This document shows, piece by piece, positions 14,898-29,119 of a DNA stretch of 64,000 bases. Position numbers and translations under genes: made by a program. Positions within the stretch are counted from its first letter, which is position 1, and each line of letters starts with the position of its first letter. The stretch is from positions 4,836,001-4,900,000 of the forward strand of contig OX597814.1 of assembly GCA_951406725.2 (NCBI GenBank), written 5' to 3'. The notes beneath the pieces are model-generated. The model was not told the DNA's origin. It worked only from the letters and a program-made list of their open reading frames with translations, and ran no database searches. The DNA is from Octopus vulgaris. Lineage: Eukaryota.

Positions 14898-15476
14898 AAT
14901 TTTAGAGTAAATTTTCGCCGCTCACCGATTTGGTCGCAAGGTCGTAAAGAAAAGTATCTCGCTTTCCCCATCATCCTTTAAGCCTCAAAAGGGTCTTGCA
15001 CATATTTACAGCCCCAGTTATTATTATGACCATTTGTAGCGTATGAATTAAGAACTTGCGTTCTCACCTCAAGATCTCGAGTTCAGCCATACCGTGCCCC
15101 AGGCGGGTTTGGTGTGTATGATTTTGCTTCATTAATAATAGGTCTAAAGCTGAAAACGTGTCCTGGGTACTTGTAATCAATGCTCCATGGATGTCCCCTG
15201 TCTCTTCTTTATGTTTCTGATCACATTCGTGTCCAGACAGCAGCTGATTTCCACAGCACAAGACATCTTCATGTGATCCCACACGATAATATCCGGTCGG
15301 TTGTGTTTTTACTTGGTGGCTGTTTTCATTTTTAAGTTCCACCATTGCCTTTTTGACCCATTGGTCTCAACAGAGTCAACTTCGTTCGTCTATTGGTGTT
15401 TTTTTTTATATATGTATATATCTATGTATGTATGTATGTATGTATGTATGTATGTATGTATGTATGTATGTATGTG

Positions 15477-15706
15477 TTTCTTTATTACCCACAAGGGGCT
15501 ACACACAGAGGGGACAAACAAGGACACACAAACGAATTAAGTCGATTACATCGACCCCAGTGCGTAAGTGGTACTTATTTAATCGACCCCGAAAGGATGA
15601 AAGGCAAAGTCGACCTCGGCGGAATTTGAACTCAGAACGTAGCGGCAGACGAAATACGGCTACGCATTTCGCCCGGCGTGCTAACGTTTCTGCCAGCTCG
15701 CCGCCT
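15477..15706 (-). mobile_element. SINE family B inserted in (TATG)n
   Basis: Highly similar to 4413-4644 and flanked by (TATG)n on both sides. Confidence 0.85.
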
Positions 15707-15738
<32 letters not shown>

Positions 15739-15802
15739 TGTATGTATGTATGTATGTATGTATGTATGTATGTATGTATGTATGTATGCATGTATGTGTG
15801 TA

Positions 15803-16001
15803 CAGTAATCCCTCGCCATATCGCGGTTTATCATTTAAGCTTACGCCGATTCCCCTGCGGTGTTGTTTTGCACTTATAACAACATAAATATATACAAGTT
15901 TTAAAAATACAGTACAGTACTGTTTCTACTTCGCGGGTTTTCACCTATCGCGGGTGGTGGGGGTTTGGAACGAAACACCCGCGATAGTCGAGGGATTACT
16001 G
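15803..16001. mobile_element. Tigger/pogo-like MITE (199 bp)
   Basis: Perfect 13-bp TIRs CAGTAATCCCTCG / CGAGGGATTACTG with TA on both sides (15801-15802, 16002-16003). Confidence 0.85.
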
Positions 16002-16003
16002 TA

Positions 16004-16850
16004 TGTTCTCTTCTATTTTTGACTAAATTCTTCCTCTGAAAAAGGAGATGGTTTCTAACAAAGACACAAAGCTTCATCGTTGGAACGTAAATAATTCCGC
16101 AAACAGATTATATTTGCAATGTGCGAGTTAGTTGGTTGACTTCTTTTTCTGAAAAGACCAGCTTATCCAGATTATCAGTCACACCAAACTAAATGTACCA
16201 ATTGGAAGCACTCCGTCGGTTACGACGATGAGGGTTCCGGTTGATCCGAATCAACGGAACAGCCTGCTCGTGAAATTAACGTGTAAGTGGCTGAGCACTC
16301 CACAGACACGTGTACCCTTAACGTAGTTCTCGGAGATATTCAGCGTGACACAGAGAGTGACAAGGCCGGCCCCTTGAAATACAGGTACAACAGAAACAGG
16401 AAGTAAGAGTGAGAGAAAGTTGTGGTGAAAGAGTACAGCAGGAATCACCACCATCCCTTGCCGGAGCCGCGTGGAGCTTTTAGGTGTTTTCGCTCAATAA
16501 ACACTCACAACGCCCGGTCTGGGAATCGAAACCGCGATCCAACGACCGCGAGTCCGCTGCCCTAACCACTGGGCCATTGCGCCTCCACGTATGTACCAAT
16601 TATTATTGGTATAAATGTGAATTTATAACCTAGATATAGAAACTGGAGGTTTCGAAACAATTGTTCATTGTCATTGTCTTTCTCTTTGATTTTCAAAGAG
16701 ATTTTCACATCAGCAGGGCAGCTGAGTGCTATGACAACGCGTGCTTTTTCTTGATTGTCCCAAATAACAATATCCGGCTTGTAATGCTTACATTTAACAG
16801 AAATTTTGATAGGAATGCTCCGCCAGTATTCGTTGCATTGACGTTAATGT
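16004..16850 (-). mobile_element. Degraded RLE endonuclease C-terminus and 3' UTR of a non-LTR retrotransposon, split by a SINE
   Basis: KHYKPDIVIWDNQEKARVVIALSCPADVKISLKIKEKD..LFRNLQFLY..YKFTFIPIIIG [SINE] ..DNLDKLVFSEKEVNQLTRTLQ. Confidence 0.7.
16203..16589 (-). mobile_element. tRNA-derived SINE family C with TSD
   Basis: Minus-strand head gtggaggcgcaatggcccagtggttagggcagcggactcgcggtcgttggatcgcggtttcgattccc (A and B boxes). TSD atgtaccaatt at about 16193-16203 and 16591-16601. Confidence 0.85.
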
Positions 16851-17110
16851 ATATATTGGATATTATGTATATATTATCGATATTTATTCCAGGACGGTCT
16901 TTTTTTCCGAACATAAGTACATATGTGTGTGTATGTGCGTGTGTGTGTATGTGCGTGTGTGTGTGTATGTGCGTGTGTGTGTGTATGTGCGTGTGTGTGT
17001 ATGTGTATATACAAACATACATATATAGCTACGTGTGTGTGTATATATATGTATATAATATATATATATATATATATACACGAATATTGTGGCGCATATA
17101 TGGATATATA

Positions 17111-17151
<41 letters not shown>

Positions 17152-17163
17152 ATGCATGTGCAT

Positions 17164-17338
<175 letters not shown>

Positions 17339-17339
17339 C

Positions 17340-17453
<114 letters not shown>

Positions 17454-18288
17454 AAATGCGTTTATATACGTACATATGCATATACATAGTGGTAAGTCTA
17501 TATACATATGCAGATCGATACTCTAATTTATATATATGACTATTGAGCTCCGATGTTTTTCTCTCATTGAATCAGGTATTATGGTCGTAAATCTATTTAA
17601 TATCCTCACAACAACAACAACAACAACGCTCAGTATTGTTTAGTTATCTGTCTTATTGCTATTTTCCAATAAGTCATCGATCAATCGACGAGGGTCACAT
17701 GGGTTTTTCCTATTCCAGATCGATTGGTGAAATGAAATTAAGGCGACACACTACAACAACAACAACAACAACGCTGATTGTTTCCTTTTTCCCGCCGTTT
17801 TCTAAAGAAATCTTCAAATGCCCCCACCCCACCCCACCCCACCCGCGCCTCACATCTCCGTGTCTTGCAACCTGGAGGGAATCAATTCGTCAATGCTATG
17901 TGATTATTCTATGACATGTATTTATGAGAAACTCTGAATAAAACTTGTCTTCATTCCCAGTTTTACGCCATCTTTCTTTTCGACTTAGCATAATTAGATT
18001 AGCCCCACGTCTCTCCCACCCCGAAATCTCTTAAAGAACAACGGCTTCGTCCGACCTAAAGCACGATAATCCTTCGTTAAAAACGACGGAGAAACCCTCA
18101 AGTCTGATGTCACTGGTGAGCACAGTCACACAGCAGATTTCTGCTTCTTTTGACCTCGTCCTCTTCCTCATCCTCATCTTCATCATCATCGTCGTCGTCA
18201 TTGTCGTCGTCGTCGTCGTCGTCATCATCATCATCATCATTATCATCATCATTATCATTACTATTCTTATTCTTCTTATTATTATTAT

Positions 18289-18946
<658 letters not shown>

Positions 18947-19510
18947 GAGAAAGCAGCACGTCATCAAAGCGACGCTCGTGTACAAATATACCCACCATGA
19001 CTACCCATCCGGTAAGGGTACACCAGGCGCATGCATCACAACCATATGTGTGCGACATGGTAACCTAATATCAAGATGAACAACTGGGGCCCAGTTAGAA
19101 TTTTCTTCAAATCGAGTAGTCCATCGCGCTCAAAAGGTTGTTTAAGGATGTTGAACGAAACCACCCATGTTTCCAAAGGTGAATTATTCAAACCCCAAAG
19201 AATCCCTCTCAACACATGGCTATGATGCTCCCCCACTACTTCTGCTCGTGGTTAGAGATGCGCATATCGTCAGTCACTAAGGGACATGCTCGACTGGTTG
19301 AGGTCAAACAACTGACAAGCAAATCTGTGGTATTGAGCAGAATATTTGCTGTAGCCCGTCTTTTATACCAAGACAAAACAATGTACATGATAACACTTCC
19401 AATCAGTTAAGATCAGAAGCCATGAGAGCCACTGCCTGGCACTGCATCGGGGTATTGATAGCACTTCCAATCAGTTAAAATCAGAAACCATGACAACCAT
19501 TACCTGGTTC
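18947..19510. mobile_element. ~550-bp element, copy 2, plus a partial end duplication
   Basis: Colinear with 18289-18838; 19456-19508 repeats the cacttccaatcagtt...cctgg terminus. Confidence 0.7.
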
Positions 19511-19559
19511 GCTAATGCATGCTAATTTAGTCAGGAGGTATTTTGTCTTTGACGACAAC

Positions 19560-20160
19560 AAATCTCCTCAAATCACAAGAATCTTTTTTAGGGGTCTTAC
19601 AAAATAGAGGACGGTACCTTTCTGCATGTCGACAACGCGCGTTTCAATTCGAATCTCTTTCAGTCCTTTTCGTAGTCCTTTGGTTGTTGTGCTAAGTTCA
19701 CCTATTACTACAGGGACAATTGTCATCTTAGCTTTCTATAATCTCTTTATCTCTCTGCCTTGGTCCTAATGTTTCTCATTTTTTCCCCATTTCTTTAGTA
19801 TCAAATCTGCTATCATAGGGAATTGCAAAGTCTATGATCTTGCACTGTTTGTTGATTTTCTCTTCTATAACCACATCTGCTTTTCTGGCCTCAATAGCAT
19901 GGTCAGTCTTTGTGGCAAACTCCTACAACATTTCGTTATTCTCGTTTTCTATCCCAGCCTCTGGTTCGAATTCATACTATTTTTCTGTTGTTTTCAAGCC
20001 ACACACTCGACTAACATCCTAATGCACTCTTTTGCCAATATACTCACGTCTGTTTGTCTTCGTTTTGTGCAGTCACAAAACGTGACTGGTACTCTCGTCT
20101 CCTTTCCTACAGATTCTACATTTGCGATCTGACTGAGTTTTGACAATCTTTGCTTTGATT
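19560..20160 (-). mobile_element. Old R4/Dong-like RLE endonuclease relic
   Basis: GKRVH*DVSR...TDHAIEARKADVVIEEKINKQCKIIDFAIPYDSRFDTKEM..REIKRL*KAKMTIVPVVIGEL, homologous to the RLE at 8720-9110. Confidence 0.7.
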
Positions 20161-20282
20161 AGATTTCTTCTAAGGGCTTAGCAAATGGGAAGCAGTCATT
20201 GAGGTAGATGATAAATATGCTCCGGAATAATCATTTAAAGATGTTTTGTTATATGTTTTTGTTGAAAAATTATGCACCAACC

Positions 20283-20345
<63 letters not shown>

Positions 20346-20372
20346 AAGTGGCAATAAACAGTATTTCTATAT

Positions 20373-20430
<58 letters not shown>

Positions 20431-21759
20431 CAGGGTGGATAAAAGTAAGTAGGCATTAAAAAATTGGTAATAAAATCCATATTCCTTTTACAAATTTATT
20501 GAAACAAAGGATAAATGTTCTTTATTTCATAGGGAAATGAAAGTACATCTTTATATTTCAATGTAAGCACCGGTGGAGTCAATCATTTTCCTCAAACGGC
20601 CAGGGATGGAATGAACAACTTTCCGAAGGACGTCGTCTGAGATATCATTGAGAACTTCCTGAATCCGTGTCTCCAAGTCATCCAGTGTTCGAGGTTTTGT
20701 CTTGTACACCTCCTCTTTGTGTAACTCCATAGGTAAAAATCACGTAGAAGGAGATCTGCACTTCTCCGGAGGCCATTCAGGAGGTCAGCGTCGTCCCATC
20801 CAACATCCTGGAAAATGTTTGTCTAACCACGCACGCATGGTAAGAGCAAAATGGGGTATCGCACTATCCTGCATGAATATCAGGTCACCAATGTTACCCC
20901 AGCCAGACACCGTGGGCCACACGCAGTTTTCGAGCATCTGAAGATAGCGATCCCTATTCATGGTGTCACGCAGAAGATATGGGCTCATGACTTTTTGTTG
21001 ATGTCATTCCGCACCAGACGGTCACTTTTGGTCGAGCTTGCATCCTCTCAACCGTCAGGCTTGGATCCTAAACACACGATGCCCAGGAATGGCAGTTGTG
21101 ACGATTGATGAAACCACCAACATGGAATACAGCCTCGTCACTCCAGACGATGTTGACAAACAATTCAGGCCAATCCTCATGCCAACTTAGCATTAACTCC
21201 CCATATTCCATTCTACGGTCACAGCCTTCAGGTTTTAGCTCCTTCACGTAATGGGGTTTCCACGAACGAAAGTTCAATTCTTTATGCAACACCTTACGTG
21301 TATTGTGTGTCTTGTTAGACCCCTTCCACGAGCTGCTTGACCTGTTGACTTTTGTGGGCTGCGATTAAACATTTCCGGCACTGTTGCCGCGTTCTCCACT
21401 GATCGGGATGTGGCGGGACGGCCACTTCTTCTTGCATCATTCACAGAGTCCGTGGTCATCAGCTTTGCATGACAACTTTTTAATTTCTCCGGACATAGTG
21501 TTGCATGCTTACCTTTCCCTGCACGCCACCATCTCTGAACCAAAGCAATGGAATTCCACACTTCATAGTCTGCTGCTATCTTATCTCACTCCTGAACAAT
21601 CAAAGTACTGGCCATCTGGAGAATAAGAAATAAGACCATAAGGTAATAAGAAATCGCCATTAGTGTTGTCTGTTCAAAAACTGTTTTTGTCATGACTTCC
21701 GTGATACTAAAAAATTCAAAAAGCAATTTCTAATGCCTAGTTACTTTCCCCTCACCTTG
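20431..21759 (-). mobile_element. Full-length defective Tc1/mariner transposon, DD41D (rosa/VS-like), 1329 bp
   Basis: Imperfect ~36-bp TIRs cagggtggataaaagtaagtaggcattaaaaaattg / caatttctaatgcctagttactttcccctcaccttg in TA context. Frameshifted transposase contains RRSGRP, IVWSDEAVFHVGGFINRHN and FMQDSAIPH..W..WPP..DFYLW, with about 41 aa between the 2nd and 3rd Asp after frameshift repair. Confidence 0.88.
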
Positions 21760-21859
21760 TATATATTATTTATATTGTACTTTTTACATTATAACTTTTA
21801 TATTTTCCATGTGATTCTACACGATCTATATATTTTGCATGATAGTTTTTGAATATATT

Positions 21860-21890
21860 TTAATTTTTGAATTTTTTTTTTATATTGCAG
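21860..21890 (+). promoter_or_regulatory. 3' splice acceptor for the GTPase exon (intron in the 5' UTR)
   Basis: T-rich tract ending ttttttttttatattgcAG|ggaatg, 140 nt upstream of the ATG. The upstream non-coding exon was not identified. Confidence 0.65.
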
Positions 21891-22030
21891 GGAATGAAAG
21901 TGTGAAAAGTATTCTACATTGGAACTGGGCTCTGACCGCGATCTGCTAATCAAGAATTCCAACATTAAATAATATTAAACAGTATTGATAACAACACAGA
22001 TTCCAGGATATTTCTTTAGACCGTACCAAA

Positions 22031-22714
22031 ATGCCAAACCCTGCATTGATAGCTCATCGTCGTGGAAGTCTACAACTGTCGTGCCCTGAGAGCGATGCTG
22101 CCGATTATCGAGTGGTGGTCATGGGAGCGGCTCGTGTTGGCAAAACGTGTATCGTTTCACAGTTTCTTCATGACAGATATCTTACTGATTACCATGAAAC
22201 AGTGGAAGAACTTCACAGAGGAGAATTTGTCATGGATGGAACTCGGATTATCCTCGACATTCTTGATACATCCGGTGCTTACCAATTTCCTGCAATGCGT
22301 AAATTAGCGATCTCTACCAGTGATGCTTTTGTGTTGGTGTTCTCTGTAGACTGTGAGAAATCTTTCGAAGAAATGAAAGCGATGCGTGACCAGATCTTGG
22401 AAGAGCGAGAAACGTGTGATTTGCCGATTGTTATTGTGGGGAATAAATCTGACGTAGAAGTGAAGACTCGAATAATTGAGAAGGAAACTGCTGAAGCTTT
22501 GGTTGCTGTGGAATGGGGACATGGTTATGTAGAAACTTCTGCCAAAGAAAAAGTGAATATTGAAGATATATTTAAAGAATTGGTTTATCAAGCGAAAGTT
22601 CAGCAATTTCGACGGATGCCTGCATTCCGTCGAGGGCGAAAATCGATGCCGGAAATATCAATAATGACAACTCATACGAAAAGGAAGAAACGCAATAGTT
22701 GCAATATTTCTTGA
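22031..22714 (+). CDS. Ras-family small GTPase, Rhes/RASD (Dexras)/DIRAS-like, 227 aa, single coding exon
   Basis: Intact ORF with G1 GAARVGKT, switch I YHETVEE, G3 ILDILDTSGAYQFPAMRKLAIS (Rhes/DIRAS-type FPAM motif), G4 VGNKSD, G5 ETSAK, polybasic KRKKR and CAAX box CNIS. Exact orthology cannot be resolved by eye. Confidence 0.93.
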   Translation: MPNPALIAHRRGSLQLSCPESDAADYRVVVMGAARVGKTCIVSQFLHDRYLTDYHETVEELHRGEFVMDGTRIILDILDTSGAYQFPAMRKLAISTSDAFVLVFSVDCEKSFEEMKAMRDQILEERETCDLPIVIVGNKSDVEVKTRIIEKETAEALVAVEWGHGYVETSAKEKVNIEDIFKELVYQAKVQQFRRMPAFRRGRKSMPEISIMTTHTKRKKRNSCNIS

Positions 22715-23030
22715 ATGAAAACGGAGAAGAAGCGGAGGTATTGAACCTAGAACCACTCAGTAAACTAGCAATCGAACAATCAAGCGCCTAAGCGACTCAG
22801 CAACCAAACAAACAATCGAAATTTTACAAAAAAACAAATAAAATGATCACTTAGAAATCAAAAAGAAAAAGAAAAAAAAATTTTTTTTTTTTTTAAATTA
22901 ATTATAAATAATTACAAAAAAAAAATACTAGTAAACCGTAGAAAATATTTCAACACTGCATGGATAGCTGAAGCCATAAAACCATAAATGTGCTACTGTC
23001 AGATATAAACACAGCTGTGTAGGTAGCACT

Positions 23031-23105
<75 letters not shown>

Positions 23106-23418
23106 GAGAAAGAGAGAAAGAGAGCACTGTTACTTATCACATTGAGTCGATGACTAAACGGATTTTAGAAACGACAATACAGGAGTCGATGCTTATCTGT
23201 GCAATCTTTCTTTCTTACTTCCCCTTTTACCTCCGAAGCCATTGTCACATAATGTGATGTTCCACAGATTATCTTAGTTTTCAAGGCGCTAAGCGGCTGA
23301 AATATATTCTCCACCACCATCACTATCACTACCACCACCATCAGTGCAAACGTAATCAGCGGATTACTGCAGTGTTATCTTCACCAGACAATAATTATCA
23401 AGAATGCCTGTATGAAGA

Positions 23419-23486
<68 letters not shown>

Positions 23487-24109
23487 TGATTACACTTTCT
23501 AAATGTGATCATTCGCGTTTCATTGGTCTTTCACAGAATCTCTGTAGAACAACATTTTGCATTTCCCTTGAAGACATTTCTAAAGACAAAAAAAAATGCT
23601 ACAATGTTGTGATTAATTGCGTTGTGATTTCTTTCTAAACATCGGTAGATGATAGTTGTTCATTGATCTGATTGTATTGAACTCTTAATTCTGATTTGAC
23701 TAATTGTCATACACTCCAATACTCGCATACACGCACTCACATATGCATGCATACATACACACATATAACCATCAGGGGTACCATACATAACGTATATACG
23801 CTATTGACAGGCATAATGCTGTGGTTTTTGTCTGAGAAAAAATCTCTTCATGGACATATTGTACTAAAAACAATATTTTAGCGAAACAAACATCCTCTCG
23901 ACAGTGACACGTGGGAACGCAAGACGTGATTCGGCCTTCTTGGGCTTCGTCAAATTCGTCCCCTCCAATATAGAGGAGATAGGGAATTTTATTATTCACT
24001 GATATTGCGGAAAGCTTGCCGGGCTGAAATATACTCAGTGTACATGATGGCGTATATACGTTAGGTTGGTACACAGATAGCTATTTACATTTTATGCGAT
24101 TTTAATTGC

Positions 24110-24187
24110 TGAATGCATACATACATATATACATATATAAGTATATATATGTTTGGGTGCGTGTGTGTACACACATACATGCATACA

Positions 24188-24218
<31 letters not shown>

Positions 24219-24263
24219 GTACATGCATACGTTCATACATACATACATACATACATACATACA

Positions 24264-24294
<31 letters not shown>

Positions 24295-24323
24295 GTACAT
24301 GCATACATACACACATACATACA

Positions 24324-24354
<31 letters not shown>

Positions 24355-24722
24355 GTACATGCATACGTTCATACATACATACATACATACATACGTACAT
24401 ACATACATACGTACATGCATACGTACATACATACATACATACATACATACATACATACATACATACATACGTACATATGTACATGCATACATACACACAT
24501 ACATACATACATACATACATACATTCATACATACATATGTACATGCATACGTTCATACATACATACATACATACATACATACATACATACATACATACGT
24601 ACGTACATACATACATACATACATATGTACATGCATACATACATACATACATACATACATACATACATACATACATACATACATACATACATACATACAT
24701 ACGTACATGCATACATACACAT
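24110..24722. repeat. (CATA)n microsatellite with recurring higher-order variant units
   Basis: Recurring catatgtacatgcatac(gtt) interruptions. Confidence 0.9.
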
Positions 24723-25529
24723 AAATACGCAGTTGTATATAAAGGTGTAAGTGCATGTATATGTATGTGTGTGTGTGTGTGTTTCGTTGAGTGAGTGTGT
24801 GTGTGTGTGAGAGAGAGAGGGAGAGAGAGAGAGGATATTATTACAATAACAGAAACTACACAAATCCAAAAATACTCCAAGAACGTGATTCTACTTAAAA
24901 TGGCTGTTATATATATATTTCTGTGTTTTACAAACTTTACTCAGATATTATAGACCTCTGTCTCAACCGACCCTTTCTTTTATTATCATTGTCACTGTGT
25001 ATTTTTCACATTATCAACCAAAATACTATTTTTTCTATCTATATATGCAATATTATAACAAACTCCTTTCGGTAATATTCTTGGAAAATACGAAAGAAAG
25101 GAACTACGCCAAAGTAATATTCCTGCATTTGTTTCATTCTATCATTTATCTTTCTACTTATAGCATTTCAAGATGTATACCCATTGTTGTTTGTGTAGGT
25201 GTACAATTATTTCGTATGTGTATGTGTGTGTGTGAATGGACGTAGTTTTTTGTTAATATGTTAACAATATATCTATGTGTGAATGGATGTATGTAGGTAT
25301 GTATGTATACTTTGCCAACTTTCTCTGGATGAAGGAAGCCGGACTTATTGTAATATCTCCCTGTGACTGTTTACTGGTTGCATAGCCAAAGCCTTTGGCA
25401 TATTCCATCTGCAAATTATGAACATTACAATTAATACGTAACTCCGAGGTTCCTGAAACAGCTGTCGAGTTATATATTCTCTTCATAGTATTCTGTATTC
25501 TCTATGCTCTATGTAAATATATTATATTC

Positions 25530-25563
<34 letters not shown>

Positions 25564-25661
25564 GTGTGTGTATGTGTGTGTGTTTTCTTTGACAGTATGT
25601 AGATATATGTGTTTATGTGTATGTGTGTATATATGTATATATATATATGTGTGTGTGTTAC

Positions 25662-25697
<36 letters not shown>

Positions 25698-25699
<2 letters not shown>

Positions 25700-25870
25700 T
25701 TGTTATATTTTCTCTCGCTGTTTATTTCTGTGTTCCTTTCTGTCGAAGAGCGAAGGCTCGAAATGTAAAAGACTCTCTCACTTCTCGAGCATTAAACTAA
25801 TACATCTGTTTGTTGTTTACACATTCGTCTTCGTCTTTTGTCGGGGTTTTTTTTTTGTAATTTCTCACTG
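25698..25870 (+). mobile_element. Short hammerhead-bearing repeat (family H, subfamily 2)
   Basis: CUUU-CUGUCGA-A-GAGC-gaag-GCUC-GAAAUGUA-AAAG at 25736-25771; homologous to 28330-28550 and 61081-61300; flanked by microsatellite. Confidence 0.65.
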
Positions 25871-25957
25871 TGTGTGTATGTATATATGTATATATATATA
25901 TGTGTGTATATATGTATATATAAGTCAAGCCTAATTGCGTTTATCTGCATCATTACC

Positions 25958-26034
<77 letters not shown>

Positions 26035-26553
26035 CTGACGTACATTGAATTGTATTGAGGTGCACTCATGTGTAAACAGATATTTCTGATATATTCACGT
26101 TATATTCTACCGAGAGTGGAATATTAATTGGTAGCCTGCTCTTGTGAAAGCTCCGGTGGGGAATAGGATCAGGATTCCCTTACACGTCGTAGACACGCGA
26201 CGGGTTTGGAAATAATGTAAATATTTGATTCGTCTTTAGTTTTAGAATTTCGGAAAACGGAAAATGCACCCGAAAACTACACGAGTGCGCGTGTGTATAT
26301 GTGTATGAGTGTGTGTTCGTGTGTGTATATGTATGCATGTGTATGTAGTGTGTTGTGTGTGGAGGGGTTGTAATGTAAAGTGATGTACACGCAAGGATAT
26401 ACACGCAAAATACGAGAGGCAAATGTAAATATATTTTAACATAAATATTTATTCGTGCTATCTATTATATGTTACATCTACAAATAGATAGATAGATGTG
26501 TATATAGATATATACCTATACACACAAACATACATATACACACATATATCTAT

Positions 26554-26609
<56 letters not shown>

Positions 26610-26827
26610 GTAATTGTTAGATCCAAGCATCTAGGTGTATGAAGTTAGTAAACTTTGAGTTTATACCATGGTTGGTATAAAAAAACAATTTTCGGGAACA
26701 ATAGTAATTTATTAACGTCGGAGGTTGTAGGTTTTTCCCATATCGAAGCTCGATAAGCTGACAAAAAGCACATTTATACTTCGTGGTTAGCAACTAGGGT
26801 TGCTATGGATGCGAATAAAAATCTAAA

Positions 26828-27058
26828 TTGAGGGAACGGAGCAGATAACATCCAGCTACGTATGTTTCCTAGCTACCAGATGCTCGGAAGTAATGATTAC
26901 TCAACGAGAGGATTCCTTAACGACAATGTAATCTTCATATGAATAAGGTATCTTCGGCCTGGTGAGTAGCTAGTGGAGCACTCCTCGTTCAGTAGATATT
27001 ACCTCTGAGGATCTGCAAGCTAGGAAACATATGTATTTTACCTGCTCCATTGTCTCAA
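26828..27058. mobile_element. Degenerate foldback/MITE
   Basis: ggagcagataa..tatgtttcctagct..ttactcaacgag pairs with ctcgttcagta..agctaggaaacata..ttacctgctcc. Confidence 0.6.
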
Positions 27059-27167
27059 TATACATATATGCATACAGGTAAATTAGATGACATTAATTTT
27101 AGCTTTACTTTAGAGTATTGAGCACTCTGTGTCTACTTGATAAATATATACCAAAAGATATACTGAG

Positions 27168-27201
<34 letters not shown>

Positions 27202-27429
27202 ATTTGTGTGTGTGTGTGTGGATAGGGAACAGTTTTGCTTTGTAACCTGTTATATTTAAAATACGACTATGTTCTAGTACCATCTTTTTTATTAAAGATT
27301 TCTTCAAATTTCCCTGTTCGTCTTTTATGTTGGGTTTGAAACAATAACGTTCCTTTATTCTGAAGTTTGTGATTGTGTTTGTCAATGGCGTGTTATCAGC
27401 GTCATCTGTACTATGTCACAAAGGGTTAT

Positions 27430-27930
27430 GGGAATAATTTTATAACTGGTACAAATATATGCATGAGAATACATTTGTTAATAATAAATATACAGAGTAT
27501 ACGTATCAGAAGACATTCGTTAAAAATTACATACAGGGTATATCGATGCGAATACATTTGTAAATAACATTAAACAGTGTACAGATGAGAACGTATTTGT
27601 TAACTATACAGATGCAGTATATGGGTGAGAGTACATATGTAAATAATACATTCACATTATATGGGTGAAAACACATTTGCTAATGATATATACACATTAT
27701 GTAGTCGGAAATATATTCGTTAAGGATCTATACACAGTCTTAACATGAAAATACTTTTGTTTGTAATGCATGCATACACAGTATATGGCTGACGACACAT
27801 TTGTTAATAAGACATTTCCTGAACACGGATGAGAATACATTTGTTAATAAGACATTTACACAGCATTTGGGTGAGAACACATTCGTTGATAACACATACG
27901 CAGTACGTGGCTGAAACTGTATGAAACTAT
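27430..27930 (+). repeat. Degenerate ~40-bp minisatellite
   Basis: Recurring gagaatacatttgttaataa...acagtat variants. Confidence 0.65.
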
Positions 27931-27945
27931 TGTTATGGTCGTTTA

Positions 27946-27976
<31 letters not shown>

Positions 27977-28329
27977 ATGTTCTAAAATTAGACCGATGGC
28001 TGGCAGAAGAAATGTTTTTTGTTCTTTGTTTTTTTTTGTTTTTTGTTTTTTTATGTTTTTAGCCTTCACATTTATTTTCTGAGTTCAAATCCCGCCAGTG
28101 TTATATATATATATTCATATTTCACTCGTTCTGAAATGGATAAAATATGCGAGAGTTCAATATTGGATTTAATCGATTGTGCCCTGTCACCAAACTCTGT
28201 TCTTGTTTAATAATTTTATAATATATAGTATTAAATCTTTTGTTTAACATCTGCAGCCTGCTCTCTGTTTCATTCCTTCACAATATATCACCACTACTTT
28301 ATTATCTCCCCTTCTTCCTAGCTCCCCTG

Positions 28330-28550
28330 TGTGACCTCTCTGTCCGGCATTCGCCATGATAGATCGCTAGCCACTAAACCTTTTTCTATGTTCTCTCCCT
28401 GTTTATTTCTGTGTTCCTTTCTGCCGAAAAGCGTAGGGTCAAAACGTAAAAGACTTTCTCACTTCCTGAGAGTTAAACTAATACATTTGTTTGTTGTGTT
28501 GTTTATACGCCCGTCTTCGTCTTTTGTTTTTTTTTTTGTAAATTCTCACT
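28330..28550 (+). mobile_element. Family H repeat with a degenerate hammerhead
   Basis: cttt-ctgccga-aaagcgtagggtc-aaaacgta-aaag at 28417-28452; homologous to 25698-25870. Confidence 0.6.
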
Positions 28551-28589
28551 ATGTATGTATGTATGTATGTATGTATGTATGTATGTATG

Positions 28590-28662
<73 letters not shown>

Positions 28663-28898
28663 TATTATATTATATTGTAAATACATAAATACATACAAAC
28701 AAAAATACTCTGTTGGTGATGTTGAAATTCCAATGAAGGATTCTTGGATCTAGGTCAGAAACCGTCTCTGTCTCTATTGGCAAGAAATCTTGGAATAAAA
28801 CTGAATAATGACATACATACACCCAATTAGCTAATTCGTGTGCGAAACCGAATGGTAAGATCGGATGAAATGGATCTATAAAGATTAATTACACACAC

Positions 28899-28949
<51 letters not shown>

Positions 28950-29081
28950 AACACACATGCAAACACACACTCACTCTACATTAACTCTAGACTAGATTGT
29001 TCCTCTGTACTTATTAAACCTTTGTTGGTTCGGCTTTCATCATCATCATCGTCATCATCATCATCGTCATCATCATCATCG

Positions 29082-29119
<38 letters not shown>

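Noticed and set aside
16520-16589. tRNA-like sequence
   Set aside because: It is the head of a SINE with a long body and TSD, not a standalone tRNA gene. The same applies to SINE A heads.
27430-27930. Regularly spaced repeats suggestive of a CRISPR array
   Set aside because: Eukaryotic context, degenerate repeats and mutually similar spacers indicate a minisatellite.
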